The notes under the pieces: generated by a model
Told to the model about the DNA's origin: nothing
Database searches by the model: none
What the model saw: the letters and a program-made list of their open reading frames with translations, nothing else
NCBI GenBank assembly: GCA_964016885.1
Contig: OZ024741.1
Coordinates: 324,756,001 to 324,820,000, forward strand
DNA: 64,000 nt
Direction: 5' to 3'
Source of the DNA: Eledone cirrhosa
Taxonomy: Eukaryota
Program-made: the position numbers and the translations under genes
Part shown: positions 9,713-21,480 of the stretch, piece by piece
Position numbering within the stretch: position 1 is the stretch's first letter
Layout of the letters: each line of letters opens with the position of its first letter

Positions 9713-12700
9713 AACGGAGGAAATGTGGTAAGGAACCAGGTGAACCATAACGCACCAAAGTACTCAATACTTAGGGTAGTAGAGTGGGTACTAGGAACGA
9801 GTAGGACCCCGACGGCTGAGCTCAAGCCGTTTCGACGGCTAATTCTGGAGTAAATGAAAATTTGTATCCTGGTATTTGAATAGCCGAGCTTCTCAAGGGG
9901 TAATTCCATATATGGTAAAAGTGATTGTCACAAAGATTGGTCAAAAGTTTGTTGTTGAAACATAATAATTCTATGATGGCAATTTGTGGAGGGAAGGGGT
10001 AGCTGAACCTGCCAGTAGGAGAAAGAGGGAGAGGGGTGGAGGAGACCCATTCATGCGTTGATAGTGCCGACTACAGCTGGGCATGAGGTCAAAGAAGATA
10101 CTAGGGACGGGGAGGGGGAGGAAGTCGAAACAATAAGTAGAACAATATGGGGTAAATATATAGAAAAATACCGAGTGTTAAAAAGCAATTAAATGTAAAA
10201 AAAAATAAACAATTTCTGGTTACTACGACCTAAGTCTCTCACTGGTACTGCTAGGCTAAAGAAAGGTATATTAGGTGGGACGGAATTATAATGAGACCCT
10301 TTTAAGAGGTATAAGTAATAAACCGAGTATATCTTACGGTGACGGGTCAACAAGTGAGGGGCCAAAATACTAAAGAAACTACCACGAAATAATAAATAAA
10401 GGTTTCTACCCCAGGCACAAGGCCAGCATCCACCCAGTGCAAAGAAGTAAACTAAAACGAAATAATAATTCAGAGTCCCGAAAAAGAATACTAATACTAT
10501 CTCTAACGGTGCCGCCACGATACAAAAGTTCTAGTGCAAGCTACATAAAAGCTCGTACGAAGTATATGTAAAATTTGATACGGAAAATTAATTCAGAATC
10601 GCCCCCCCTCCCCCCCCCCCCAAAAAAAAATACTGATATACGAGAAATTAAAGCAAAGATACCACTAAGAAATATAGAAAACACTGAAAACGGGCAGCGG
10701 TCGGATAAGAGGGCAAGTATCCTGGGTCTAACACATCTGCTATAAAAAGCGGAGTCGGCCAAATCTATCATAGAATAGGGGAAGGGGTGGGGGTACTGAG
10801 GCTACAAAGGACCGAGAGGCTGCCTCGGGTGAGCGAGAAAAAGACGACGACAAAGAAAGAGAACTGGGGTGGAAGGACTAGGGAGGGATGGGGGGAAGAA
10901 GGAAATATAGAGGAAGCGATAAAAAGATATAAAAGAAGATCTTACGTCTACCTTTGCAAGCAGGGGTTACCCATTACAAAATCGGCAAGTGGGGTGTTAT
11001 AGCCCTAGTCTACCCCCCCCCCCCCGGGTCATTATGGGGTTTGAGGGCGAGGTAAGTCCTACGCAATCTGTGTTTACATGCAGTAACCAGTTCATCTTTC
11101 TTGTTTAGGAGTTGGTCAGTCGAAAACAGCATTTGTAATGTTTCCTCCGAGCATAAATTGCACGGACGGCGTCCTCCCGTGTAAGAGTTGGCTCTGGACA
11201 GTAAACTCCAAGTGAGATCATAAGTAATGTTGTTATCCTTGAGATCCCATATGTGGCCCGAAAGTGTAGTGGCGTGACGCCGGGTCGGGTTTCGGAAGGT
11301 ATGTCTGTGTTGGTATAGCCGGGTCTTGAAGTCACATGCGATTAATCCTATATAAGCTTTGTTGGAGGTGTCCGTCCTCACGTTGCACTGGTAGATCACA
11401 TTACGATCTCTGCATCTGTTGTCGAGGGGGCAAATGGATCCATCAGGACAGTTGCACCTCCTGGTCGGCTCTCCACTGCTATTTAGGTTATTTCTTCCAT
11501 AGGGGTTGAGTTTTTTGTTGTTAGAGGAGACGATGTTTTGTGCAAAGTTTGGTGTAGTGCTGTAAGAGAGTTTGATGGTATTTTTGTTAATTATGTTGTG
11601 GTAGCGGTGTTGTAGTGGGAAGTGTTTTTCAATGAGCCTAAAGAAGATTTTCCCGATAGGAGTTGTCACCTCGACGTTATGGGGAGGGTTGAACCATGTT
11701 ACATTGCGTGAGCGGCGGTGTCGCCTGCTGGTTCCGCTAATGGGAGCTGGACAGTAGGATATTTCCTCCCGGAAACCACTCCGCTTGAGGGCCTGGTTGT
11801 AATAAGGTGCATGTTCCTCGAATATCTGCTCATTAGCTGACAAACGGGATATGCAGAGGGAGATGTTTTTAACCAGGTTATTGGTGATGTTCCTAGGATG
11901 GTTTGACCGGCGGTGGATGTAGTGCAGGTTGTCGTTAGGTTTCCTGTATGGGTAGTACAGATCATTATCGAGGTCAAGGGTAACGTCCAGGAAGTTTACT
12001 CAGGTCAGGGACGTTTGTAGGGTTATTTTAAATCACCAGTCGTGGAAGAAGCTGATTAATTGTTTACGGACCCGATCTGTACTACTGGGGTTGTACCCTT
12101 TAAAGGTAAGGAGCCCATCATCACGGTACAATCCACCGCCGAATGCAGGAAACATATCGGCGAGTTTGGCTATTAGGAATAATCCTATAAGATCTGTGAC
12201 CTCAGCCGAATCCGTCGCGCCCATGCTGACGTCGAAGGGTGAGTCGGGAGCTCTCTTTATCCATTTGGAGTTGTCGAAGAGTAAGACTGTCTTCCTGGCG
12301 TGGAGGATGATGTTTCTTTCCTGGTCGGTGATGGGCACAAGTGCTTCGGCGAAGTCCAAGGCACCCGTAAGTAGCGGTAAGGTGATTGAAGCATAATAAC
12401 TCTCTATGTCAAACTGGATGAATTTAGTGTCTCGTTTTTCCTCCATATTGCTGAACCATGAGGTTACTTCCTGGGTGTTGACCTATAGGCTAAGTCGGGC
12501 GTGTTGCTTAACTTTTGGTATAACGTTGGGTTTATAAGCCTGATAGAAGGTTTACGGTCGAAATCGGATTTGTGGTCCTTCAGTGTGAAGTAGGGTGTCC
12601 GTGAGTCTAGGGGTTCCGTGCGGTCGGCGACCCCGAGGCTGGAGGTAATTTGTTGTTCATCTCGATTTATGTCCTCGATGCATGAGTGGTTAGCCTTTTT

Positions 12701-13400
12701 ATAGGTGGAGTTTAGGCTGCTCCTGATCAGTGTGTGGTTTCTGTCGGGGTTGACAAAGTAGAGGTTACCAGTTTTATCCGAGTGCACCATGATGTCATTG
12801 GTGGTATCATACTCTGTTAAGTTGCTACGGAGTTTTTGTAGTAATTGGTTGTGTCTGGGTTTGAATTTAATGTTCTTGACCAGTTGGAAAAGGTCATTCT
12901 CGAAGGGTGAGAGCATAGGGTTCGGAGGGGGAGATTTGTAGGTAATAAATCCGAATCTCTCCTTGGTACCGAAGTCCTGATTGTCGCAATATCTGTCGTA
13001 GAAAAAGTTCTCCATCTAAGTCTTTTCGCAAATAGATCGATTTTTTGCGTGAGCATCCGAAGGTAAAGTTTTTTCGGTGGGACTGGGATGTTCTTGGTAG
13101 AGAAGTCGATGTTGTGTTTTCGCATGGTGCGGGTGAAAGAACTTGCGCTTAGCGGAAAAGTCTGGATACGGCGTGGATAAGTCTGGATAATATATTTGCT
13201 GGGAGTACCTGTACACAAAATTCAGTGCAGTGTAAACCTGGCGGTATAGAGAAACTATACTGGAGAAAGTAATATGGTTTATTAAGAAATCTGTGGTACC
13301 AAAGACTTTAATCAAATACTACAATATTACAGCTCAACATCCATATTTTCATCTTTACCCTTAAACTAGAAGAAACTTAAATTTTCAGGAACTAAACCGG
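9713..13400 (-). mobile_element. Near full-length Penelope-like retroelement (probably Naiad-like), decayed
   Basis: N-terminus FSTKNIPVP..KRLRW; RT motifs TLKDHK, RLINP, QFDIESYY, SMGATDSAE, GGLYRDD, NFLDVTL; WFNPP; CNC..CPL..C; VIY..YIG GIY-YIG and CNLC..E..LN..E..CKH; stops and frameshifts; HHR at the 3' end. Confidence 0.92.
9807..9900 (-). ncRNA. Type I hammerhead ribozyme, U3-A8 core, long stem II loop
   Basis: Minus strand: CCCC-TTGAGAA-gctCGGCTA...TAGCCGtc-GAAACGGCT tgagctc AGCCGTC-GGGG; GUC triplet; 6-bp stem III. Confidence 0.8.
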
Positions 13401-13830
13401 TTAAGTCGCTTTGGCCACATACCTCGGTACTGCGGCCCGCAATACAGAGGAAAGGAAGATAAACAAACACTGGTGATTGTCCGACCGTTTCCTCTTGGCA
13501 CCGGTGGCCGTCGAGACCTCAGGCCTACTTGGACCCCATACTGCCGAGCTCCTCCGCAAAATTGGAACGTCAGCAGCCCGTCTGGGGAAGGAGCCCCGCG
13601 AGGTGGGGTGGCTGTTGCAGTGGGTGCCGCTGGCCATTTTCTACGGGAATATTTCTGCGGTTTTGTCCGCGTGGTACAATCGCAATACTGCCTGCCGCAC
13701 CCTAGGCCTAGAGCACATCACCCTCCCTCTTTCCCCCTCCCCTTTCTTCTGTGACCCTAGAGCCTTTGCCTTTCCCTTCCATAACCACAAAAGACACTTG
13801 AATTTTTGTACAATAAATCATTCGTAATAT
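13401..13830 (+). mobile_element. 3' fragment of a CRE-like non-LTR retrotransposon (restriction-like endonuclease domain)
   Basis: EERKINKH..L.DRFLLAPVAVETSGLLG...LLRKIG...EPREVGWLLQWVPLAIFYGN matches the AExxKxxKY..P.AVET.G..RGN motif of CRE-type RLE domains; AATAAA at ~13812. Confidence 0.7.
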
Positions 13831-14182
13831 CTATATGGAACAGTTTCAAATGTAAACGTATAATTGATGTTTCAAATGATTATTTTACAATTACTAATAA
13901 AGAAAAAAAAAAGGGGGGGGGGGGGTAATAAAAGAAAAATGCGATTTGAGAAGACCCACACAATGACACGCAACAATGAATACTGGATCTTCCATCCAAT
14001 TTTTAAGGCAAGCCAACATACTTTCCGCATTCTAGTTGTTGCTTCACCTGAGGTGAATTCCAACACAACAGCAAGAGGTGGGCTGTTTTGGTAGAGTGGA
14101 TTCTAGAAGTAGTATTCTATACGGTAAATGTCTACAAATTCACATTCGAGGTGAACACTATTTTTCCTTAATGTTTTTCCTG

Positions 14183-14510
14183 TGTGCTTGAACGAATATG
14201 ACCTCCAAACCCGTCGGAAATGACTCGTTTCTTAAATTACGCAGGAAGAAATGGTGGGAGGCATTCTCGGAATTTTCTTTGCAATCACAACCGCCTCGCA
14301 TGAATGCAAACATTTTTTCATAGTTTTGATTTCATGTGTTTTGAACGAATCTCGCCTTCGAAATCGTCGGAAATTATTCGGTTTTTAGTTAAATGACCTG
14401 TGTGGAGAAGGGTGGGGGTGGCATTTGGGTGTTTTCTTTACAATTATACCAGACTCGCGTTAGAGAATCTGACCTTCAAAACTGTTGGAAAATATTCGTT
14501 ATTTAGTTAA
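14183..14510. repeat. Degenerate tandem repeat, about 3 copies of ~130-150 bp
   Basis: GAACGAAT.TGACCT.CAAA.CCGTCGGAAA recurs at ~14190, ~14343 and ~14465. Confidence 0.55.
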
Positions 14511-14537
14511 CCTTACCTCACGACGTCAGTCGGAAGA

Positions 14538-14588
<51 letters not shown>

Positions 14589-15280
14589 AGAGCGAGAGAG
14601 AGTTGCATGGGCGGAATAAAAAATGTTTTAAAAACCATTAAAAAATTTAAAGCAAAGTTAACCTCGGTGGGATTTGAACACAGAACGTAAAGCTTTGTTG
14701 TTAATTATATTTCACAAACATTTAATCGGACGATTAATAATGATCTCTAACAAAGGCTCGAGGGCAGAAAATTTAGAGGAACGAAACAGGTGATTTTATC
14801 GACCTCAATACTTTAATGGAACTTATCAACTTCGGAAGTATGAAAGGAAATATCTACCCCAGTAGGATATCGATTCAAAACATAAATGTGCATAACTAAT
14901 CTCTATTTTAGATATATAATTCGGTACTATTTGTTCTGTTACTCCACTACCTTTGCTTATATATTGATGTGTTAGTCACGTACACAGTCAATAGTTCAAG
15001 AAAGAATAGATTGAGTCAATAAATCACTCGCATTATCACGTATCAAGTCTGTCCAAATTTGAGTCCAGCAAATGCGAGTTCAAATTTCACCGAGGTTAAT
15101 TTTGCCTTTCACACTTTCGGATCAAAAGTTGATAAATAAAGTACCAATCTAAGGCTATTCAGTAGTAAATGTTAGTGTACGTGAAAATATGCTTTGTGGT
15201 ATTGTTCCGGCTCGTTTGCATTCTGGGTTCGAATCTTGTCGTGGCCTATCAGCTATCCTGAAAGCAATTCGAATTCTACC

Positions 15281-15367
15281 ATATTAACAATTGTTGATAA
15301 TTATCAACAATTGTTAATATCTACATCCTGTTACTATCTACGATTATAATCGTAGATAGTAACAGGA
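15281..15367. repeat. Two adjacent perfect palindromes (40 bp and 42 bp)
   Basis: ATATTAACAATTGTTGATAA|TTATCAACAATTGTTAATAT (15281-15320) and TCCTGTTACTATCTACGATTA|TAATCGTAGATAGTAACAGGA (15326-15367). Confidence 0.9.
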
Positions 15368-16848
15368 CGATCCATATTACTGAGCCTACTTAGAGAAGGT
15401 AACTGATGATAATAATTTTACAGATACATGCACCGACACACATATACATATATACTAGGGCACATAAATGCATACTTATATATATGGCACGTATATTTTT
15501 TATGGTGTCCACTAGGTAGTTGCTAATTCAACGAAGTCTCCAGATGATCGTTTGAATTGTTAGTAATAGCAGCTAAATTCCTCCAAATCACTCATCGAAG
15601 GACATCCTAGACAATGTAATCCTAGTTATACAAGTAGAAGAAAAAACCTTGTTGCGTTAAAGGCTAGAATGCTTTTGTCATAAGTTCCCTTCATAATGGC
15701 TGATGCCTAAATACCATTACAATCAAAAGGACCACTACCACACCATCTAACATTCTAATCTCATAACTACAACAATCATAACAAGCATCATCACTAGCGC
15801 CAACTCCAGCACTCTCACCTTCATAAACACAATCCTCAATACCGCTACCACACCACCTCTTCAACTGTCATCACCGACACCTCTATCACCACAGCCCCTC
15901 TGACACCACCAACACCACCACCATCACACCTACCGCCGCCCCACCACCAGGCGGCTGTTTTCCACCGCGATGTCGGAAAGAATTCATCTTGCTGTGAGTT
16001 TAAATAACAGATGTAGTGGGTTTTTTCGGCGGCAAAACTTTCGTTATCTTGTTCCTCTGGTGCATCCAATTTTGTAGCGCATGCTACTTTTCTTTTCCCT
16101 TCGTCTTTTTAAAAAATTATTTTCCATCCCGCCTTTTTTTTTTCTTTTTTATCTCTCCTTGTTGATTATTTGTTCAAATAAATAAATATTTACGTTATTT
16201 GACTGTAACGGATGACAATGACTCTCTAAAGACCAGCGTTCGCCGTCATCTCAAGGCGAACGCCGACCGTTTCTTCTTCTTAATGTCTTCGATTATGGAT
16301 GTGTTATCTGGCTGTTAAGAACTCCCAATTATACCACCAAAAACACATGTAAGTAGTGTACTTGTGTGTGTACGTATGTGTGTGGGTTTGTATGTGCATG
16401 TGTGTATGTGTGTGTATGTGTGTATGTGTGTATGTGTGTGAATGTGAGTATTAGAAATACATTGATGAATATTTCTTTTGTTATCAACCTACTAAATCTA
16501 CCCCATCTCCACTTAAGGTACAACCGTTGCATCATTATTTTTGATTTTATTACATTTGCACTTTTCCTCTTAGCAGACTTTTAACAGAATGGGCCCCCGA
16601 CTTTTTGTACCTCTGTTTGTTGTTTCCTTGAAGTATATATATATATATGGGGAGGGTCATATTTGTGTAATAATATTGCCAGAATTAATAACAGAACACA
16701 CTCACTGTTTGGTTGGTTTTCGCTTCTGTGTCTTTCATATCGGTTAATTTAATTTATTTGGTCCTCAATGTTACCATTGACTGACCAACGGTCAAAAATA
16801 CAGATATAATATAGACACAAACACATATATATAGTCTAACAAACAACA

Positions 16849-16919
<71 letters not shown>

Positions 16920-17100
16920 CTGTTGAGTGCTTCTAATCTATTGTAAAATTGTATTCGTTGATTAATCAACGAACCATATTAATCTTTGGTTATATATATA
17001 TATATATATATATATATGGTAATAAATACAAATACCAAAATCCAGAGAGGACATGATAAGGGTTGTACATATATATACATATACATACATACATACATAC

Positions 17101-17209
<109 letters not shown>

Positions 17210-17244
17210 AACCCATAGATATAAACCCGTATGTATATACACTT

Positions 17245-17510
17245 CTACTAGTGGTTAAAATGGAATTACGATCGCATGATGTGCATCGATTCCGCGACTG
17301 TATGGTGTGTTGTGTTCTTGACCAAGACACTACACTTCCCTTTGTTCCAGTCTACTCAGCTGAGTACCACCGGCAGCAGCAGCTTGGGAATAACCCTACG
17401 ATTGACTGGCGTCCTATAGAGTGGTGAGGATGGACTTTTATTCTCAGTTGCCTAGCGCCAATGGAACAGGGATAAGCTTCTGCCTGATGAACCTCTGGAC
17501 TTGGGACAGA
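17245..17510 (+). mobile_element. tRNA-derived SINE (second family, Meta-domain-like body)
   Basis: CTAGTGGTTAA A-box-like head, TCGATTCC B-box-like, body AACCCTACGATTGACTGGCGTCCTAT...GGATAAGCTT. Confidence 0.5.
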
Positions 17511-18296
17511 CTAATCTTTTTATCAACTCTGTGAAAGAACTTTAACTTTAGGCCAATTATCCTGCTCATACAACAAGTAAATAGATCGTGTTATATAATT
17601 TATTGTTTTAAATCTTGGGGCTACGAGACAATAAGAGTATCCATACGTGATCGCTAGACCTGCTAGAAACAGAAGCTAAATCTTCCTCTGATTAAACTTA
17701 ACCGTCTTAAAAATAGAAGGATACATTGGACAATGTAATCACAACTATACAAAAATCATACGATGGTAAAACCAGAAAGCCTTTAATCATAGGTCTGCTG
17801 GATTAGGGCTGGCCTAATGGTAAACAACGAAACCAACTAATGTTGGAGTTACATGTTCGGAGTTTTAATCTCAAGAGCAAGATATGGAATGGAAATCTGA
17901 TTATTGATGCAAAGCTAGTGTTATGGTTAAATTAATCTCAGGAAACTAGATGTACAAGGGTACAGTTGATTTCTAAATTAGGCTCAAGGTCAGAAATTTT
18001 GGGGTAATGGCAAAGTTTCTTAAGTCAACGGTTGTACCTGAATAGTATTTTATGTTATTGACCTCGGAAAGATGACATGCAAAGTTAATCTTAGAGTGAC
18101 TTGAACTAAAAATGTTAAGAGCCAGAACAAATACTGCAATGGCCATTTATCCGACGTTTTACCAATTTGGCCAATCTCTCTAACATTGGTACAAGCCCAG
18201 CCATTCGGGGGTCGGGGAAAGTCGATTATATCGATCCCAGTATTGAAAATCATTGGATAATATTAAACTCTATTTCGTTACATTTCAGTTTCGAAG

Positions 18297-19790
18297 ATGG
18301 CTCAATCAGTACACGTAAAATCGTGGGCTCTACCAGCTTTTATCATGCTGTGTTGTACGGTGGATATCCAACAAGCAGCAAAGATTCTGTTTGTCCCATC
18401 TCTGGAGTATAGTCATTGCAGTTATATGAATGCATTAGGCGAAGAACTAGTGCAACGTGGTCACGAAGTATCAATGTACATGTGCCAGCAGATAAACTAT
18501 CGAGATTGCCCTGGACCACATTTCGAAGTTATAAAGTTCAGCTGGTCTATTTATAAAAATAACTTAAATTTCAGTGAGAAACTGCTTAAAGATATTTTTC
18601 ATTGCGAGGGGAATACGCTATTTACAAAAGCCATCCAAATCAAAGAGATGATGTGTGAAATGATACAGGAGGATGACATTGCCTTGCAAAGTTTACACGA
18701 CAAAAAGTTTGATTTAGCAATTATCGATGGCCGTTTCTTCACTCAATGTTTCTACTTAATACCATATAATCTATCTATTCCTTTTATTTCTGTTTCTGGT
18801 ATATTAACAAAGCTAGAAAGGAGTTCGATGATATTATCGAGTTTATCTCCAGATATTGATCCGTCCATCACTGGTGTTGAGAATTTTGAGAAAAGGCTGC
18901 TTGACACTCTATGGTATGCTATTCTGCATGTGGCTGGTGTATCATCTGTGCCCCTAGATCATTTCAAGCTAGCACCAACTCTTTCGTCGTCAGAGGTTGA
19001 AATTCTTTACCGGAAATCGGAATTATTCTTTGATAATAGTGATATCATTTTAAACAATGCCCAATCCATTTGGCCCCAGTTTCGTCAAGTTGGGGGTATG
19101 ACGACCCGGCCGGGTAAACCTTTGTCAAAATCGCTGCAGAAGTTCTTTGACGGTGCCAAGTATGGAGTCATTGTTATAACGTTTGAAACTATTTTCGAGA
19201 ACATTACAGATAAACACTACCTTTCAACTTTAGAATACCTACCACAACGTATCCTTCTAAAAACTAATGTAAACAAAACACGTGGTAACGTGAAAATGAT
19301 GACGTGGTTACCATTGAACGACATATGCGCACATCCAAAAACCGTCCTCCTTATTTCCCACTGTGACAGTAATAGTCATTTTGAAAGTCTCTATCACGGA
19401 GTTCCTCTCATTTGCCTTCCCGTCAGAGGCGAGCAATTTCAAATCGCCTCGAAAATTGAATATTACAAAATGGGATTAAAACTAAACATTAGGAAACTGA
19501 AACCAGAAACTTTCTATTTCGCCGCTTTAAATGTCACCACCAGGCCCATCTATCGGCAAAATGCTCAAGCATATTCGAAAATCTTTCGCAACCACAGTTC
19601 AAGCCCAAGGCAAATAGCTGCCGACAGTGTGGAGGAGGTACTTCAGTTTGGTAGTCGACACTTGGAAAATCAAAATGTAAATTATTCATGGTATCAAATG
19701 CTAAACCTCGATGTTTGGTTGTTTATTAATCTGGTTATTTTAATTGCTATTTACATGATTGTCTGCTCTTTCAATGACATGATGAGCTGA
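18297..19790 (+). CDS. UDP-glucuronosyl/glycosyltransferase (GT1 family), single coding exon
   Basis: 497 aa; signal peptide, AKILFVP..SH catalytic His, RGHEV, FDLAIID, UGT signature WLPLNDICAHPKT...YHGVPLICLPVRGEQ, C-terminal WYQ..LDV transmembrane helix; candidate acceptor TTTCAG just upstream of the ATG. Confidence 0.93.
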   Translation: MAQSVHVKSWALPAFIMLCCTVDIQQAAKILFVPSLEYSHCSYMNALGEELVQRGHEVSMYMCQQINYRDCPGPHFEVIKFSWSIYKNNLNFSEKLLKDIFHCEGNTLFTKAIQIKEMMCEMIQEDDIALQSLHDKKFDLAIIDGRFFTQCFYLIPYNLSIPFISVSGILTKLERSSMILSSLSPDIDPSITGVENFEKRLLDTLWYAILHVAGVSSVPLDHFKLAPTLSSSEVEILYRKSELFFDNSDIILNNAQSIWPQFRQVGGMTTRPGKPLSKSLQKFFDGAKYGVIVITFETIFENITDKHYLSTLEYLPQRILLKTNVNKTRGNVKMMTWLPLNDICAHPKTVLLISHCDSNSHFESLYHGVPLICLPVRGEQFQIASKIEYYKMGLKLNIRKLKPETFYFAALNVTTRPIYRQNAQAYSKIFRNHSSSPRQIAADSVEEVLQFGSRHLENQNVNYSWYQMLNLDVWLFINLVILIAIYMIVCSFNDMMS

Positions 19791-20049
19791 CTACAACATT
19801 ACAAAGTCTTCCATGTGATCGTTTGGGTAGTTTTGATGCTATATATTCACGATATTTTCTTCTCACATTCCGAGAATATGAAATATAAATATTTACATAA
19901 CTAAATTGTCTAAATATTTTTCTATACCACATTTTCTCCATCTTAGTTTCTGTCCCTCTGACTCTCCCTCACTCAGACACGCACACTGACTCTCTGAAAC
20001 ATGCACGTAACCTCTTCCTTCCCCAACATTCATTTACTTGCAATATATG

Positions 20050-20275
20050 CCATTAATAATAGTTTCTTATATAGCACGAGGCCAGCAATTTTGGGAGAGG
20101 GGAAAAGTCGATTAAATCAACCCCAGTGCATGACTGATACTTTATTTTATCGTCCCCGTAAGGATGAAAGGCAAAGTTAACCTCGGCGGGATTTAAACTC
20201 AATCATAAAGGGCCATAATTCTATGCTGCAAAGCATGTCGTCTGACCCTCAACCGATACTGCCAATCCACCGCCC
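20050..20275 (-). mobile_element. Octopus-type tRNA-derived SINE (main family)
   Basis: Reverse complement of GGGCGGTGGATTGGCAGTATCGG...GAGTTCAAATCCCGCCGAGGTTAACTTTGCCTTTCATCC...GATAAAATAAAGTA. Confidence 0.8.
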
Positions 20276-20729
20276 TTTATATGCCATTAATAATAAAACA
20301 AAGGGCGGTCGGAGCATCGAACAAATGCTTAGCAGTATTTCTTTTGGCTCTTTACATTCTGGGTTCAAATTTCACCGAGGTCTACGCTGTCTTTCCTTCC
20401 TCCGAACCGATGAAATAAAATACTAGCCACGTACGTGTGCGGATTTAATCACACTTCACTCCGCACACACAAAAAAAGAAAAAATATATTTGACCTTGTG
20501 CCAAAATTAGAAACCATTATTCATACAACAGCTGCACCCCTGAAAACATATCTGCATATTGGTTCACACAGTCAAACTTTCATATATACACGCACAAATA
20601 CATAAACATTTCCATAGATATACATACTGTCAGGTACATTTTCTCCTGTTCATGTTTGCATCAGATTGCACGATGCCATAAGTCAATATATTTTCTTTTC
20701 TTGCTGTTGCTATTATTTCTGTTGGCCTA

Positions 20730-20955
20730 AGGGTGGTGGATTGACAGAATCGGTAGAGCGTCGGACAACATGCTTAGCGGTATAGAGTTATGGCCCTTTA
20801 TTTCTGAATTCAAATCCCACCGAGGTTAGCTTTGCCTTTCCTCCTTACGAGGTCGATAAGATAAAGTACCAGTAATGCACTGGAGTCGATTTACTCGCCT
20901 TTCTCCTCTCCTTCAAATTGCTGTCCTTGTGCCTAAAGTAGAAACAATTATTACT
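20730..20955 (+). mobile_element. Octopus-type tRNA-derived SINE (main family)
   Basis: GGGTGGTGGATTGACAGAATCGG head, TTCAAATCC B box, tail GCCTAAAGTAGAAACAATTA. Confidence 0.8.
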
Positions 20956-20956
20956 G

Positions 20957-21180
20957 TTGGCCTTCAGATCTGTCCACGACAACCTCCACATCATGCAGTA
21001 TATCATAGAGATGGTACATAAAGAGACTAGCAAGGCTGGGGCCCTGATCAATTTGTATCAATCGAAAGTTTTAGATAGGCTCGAACATCGCTACCCGGCA
21101 GCTGTCCTCAGAGCGACCGGTTTCAATCCTATTTTCTAGAACGCTGCAATGTACAGCGGCGTCTGCGTGGTGGTCAGAGG
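20957..21180 (+). mobile_element. L1/Tx1-type reverse transcriptase fragment
   Basis: RSVHDNLH..GALINLYQSKVLDRLEHRY..VLRATGF resembles RSIxDN..LDxxKAFDRVxH. Confidence 0.7.
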
Positions 21181-21204
21181 GGATGGCCACCAATCGGAGC
21201 TAAT

Positions 21205-21480
21205 AAATATTGGTATATGCCACATGCTGCGACACGTTTTCTGCCTTCAATCTAGTCGCTTCGGTCACAAATCCGGGAACTGTCGCTGGTAACGCAGAGA
21301 AGCAGAAGAACTCCAAATACAAGGACTTGGCCGATAGCTCCCTTTTACAGGTGCCTTTTTTTCCAGAACAGCCGTTTTCCTCCACAAAATTGGGAGGAAT
21401 GCATCCCGGTAGAGTTGCTGATGCAGCGGGTATCGCTGGCTGTTCTCCGAGACAATGCTTTCGCTGTCTTGCCTAGACTG
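21205..21480 (+). mobile_element. CRE-like restriction-like endonuclease fragment
   Basis: ATCCDTF...PGTVAGNAEKQKNSKYKDL (D.T..DT..AE..K..KY motif). Confidence 0.65.

Noticed and set aside
12000-12035. Two in-frame TGA codons joining ORFs 12033-12446 and 11010-11843, suggesting selenocysteine readthrough as reported for some Naiad PLEs
   Set aside because: They fall at probable Gly (GGA) and Arg (CGA) positions rather than Cys. The same copy has a TAG at a conserved Trp, a deletion and frameshifts, so ordinary decay explains them. No SECIS was identified by eye.
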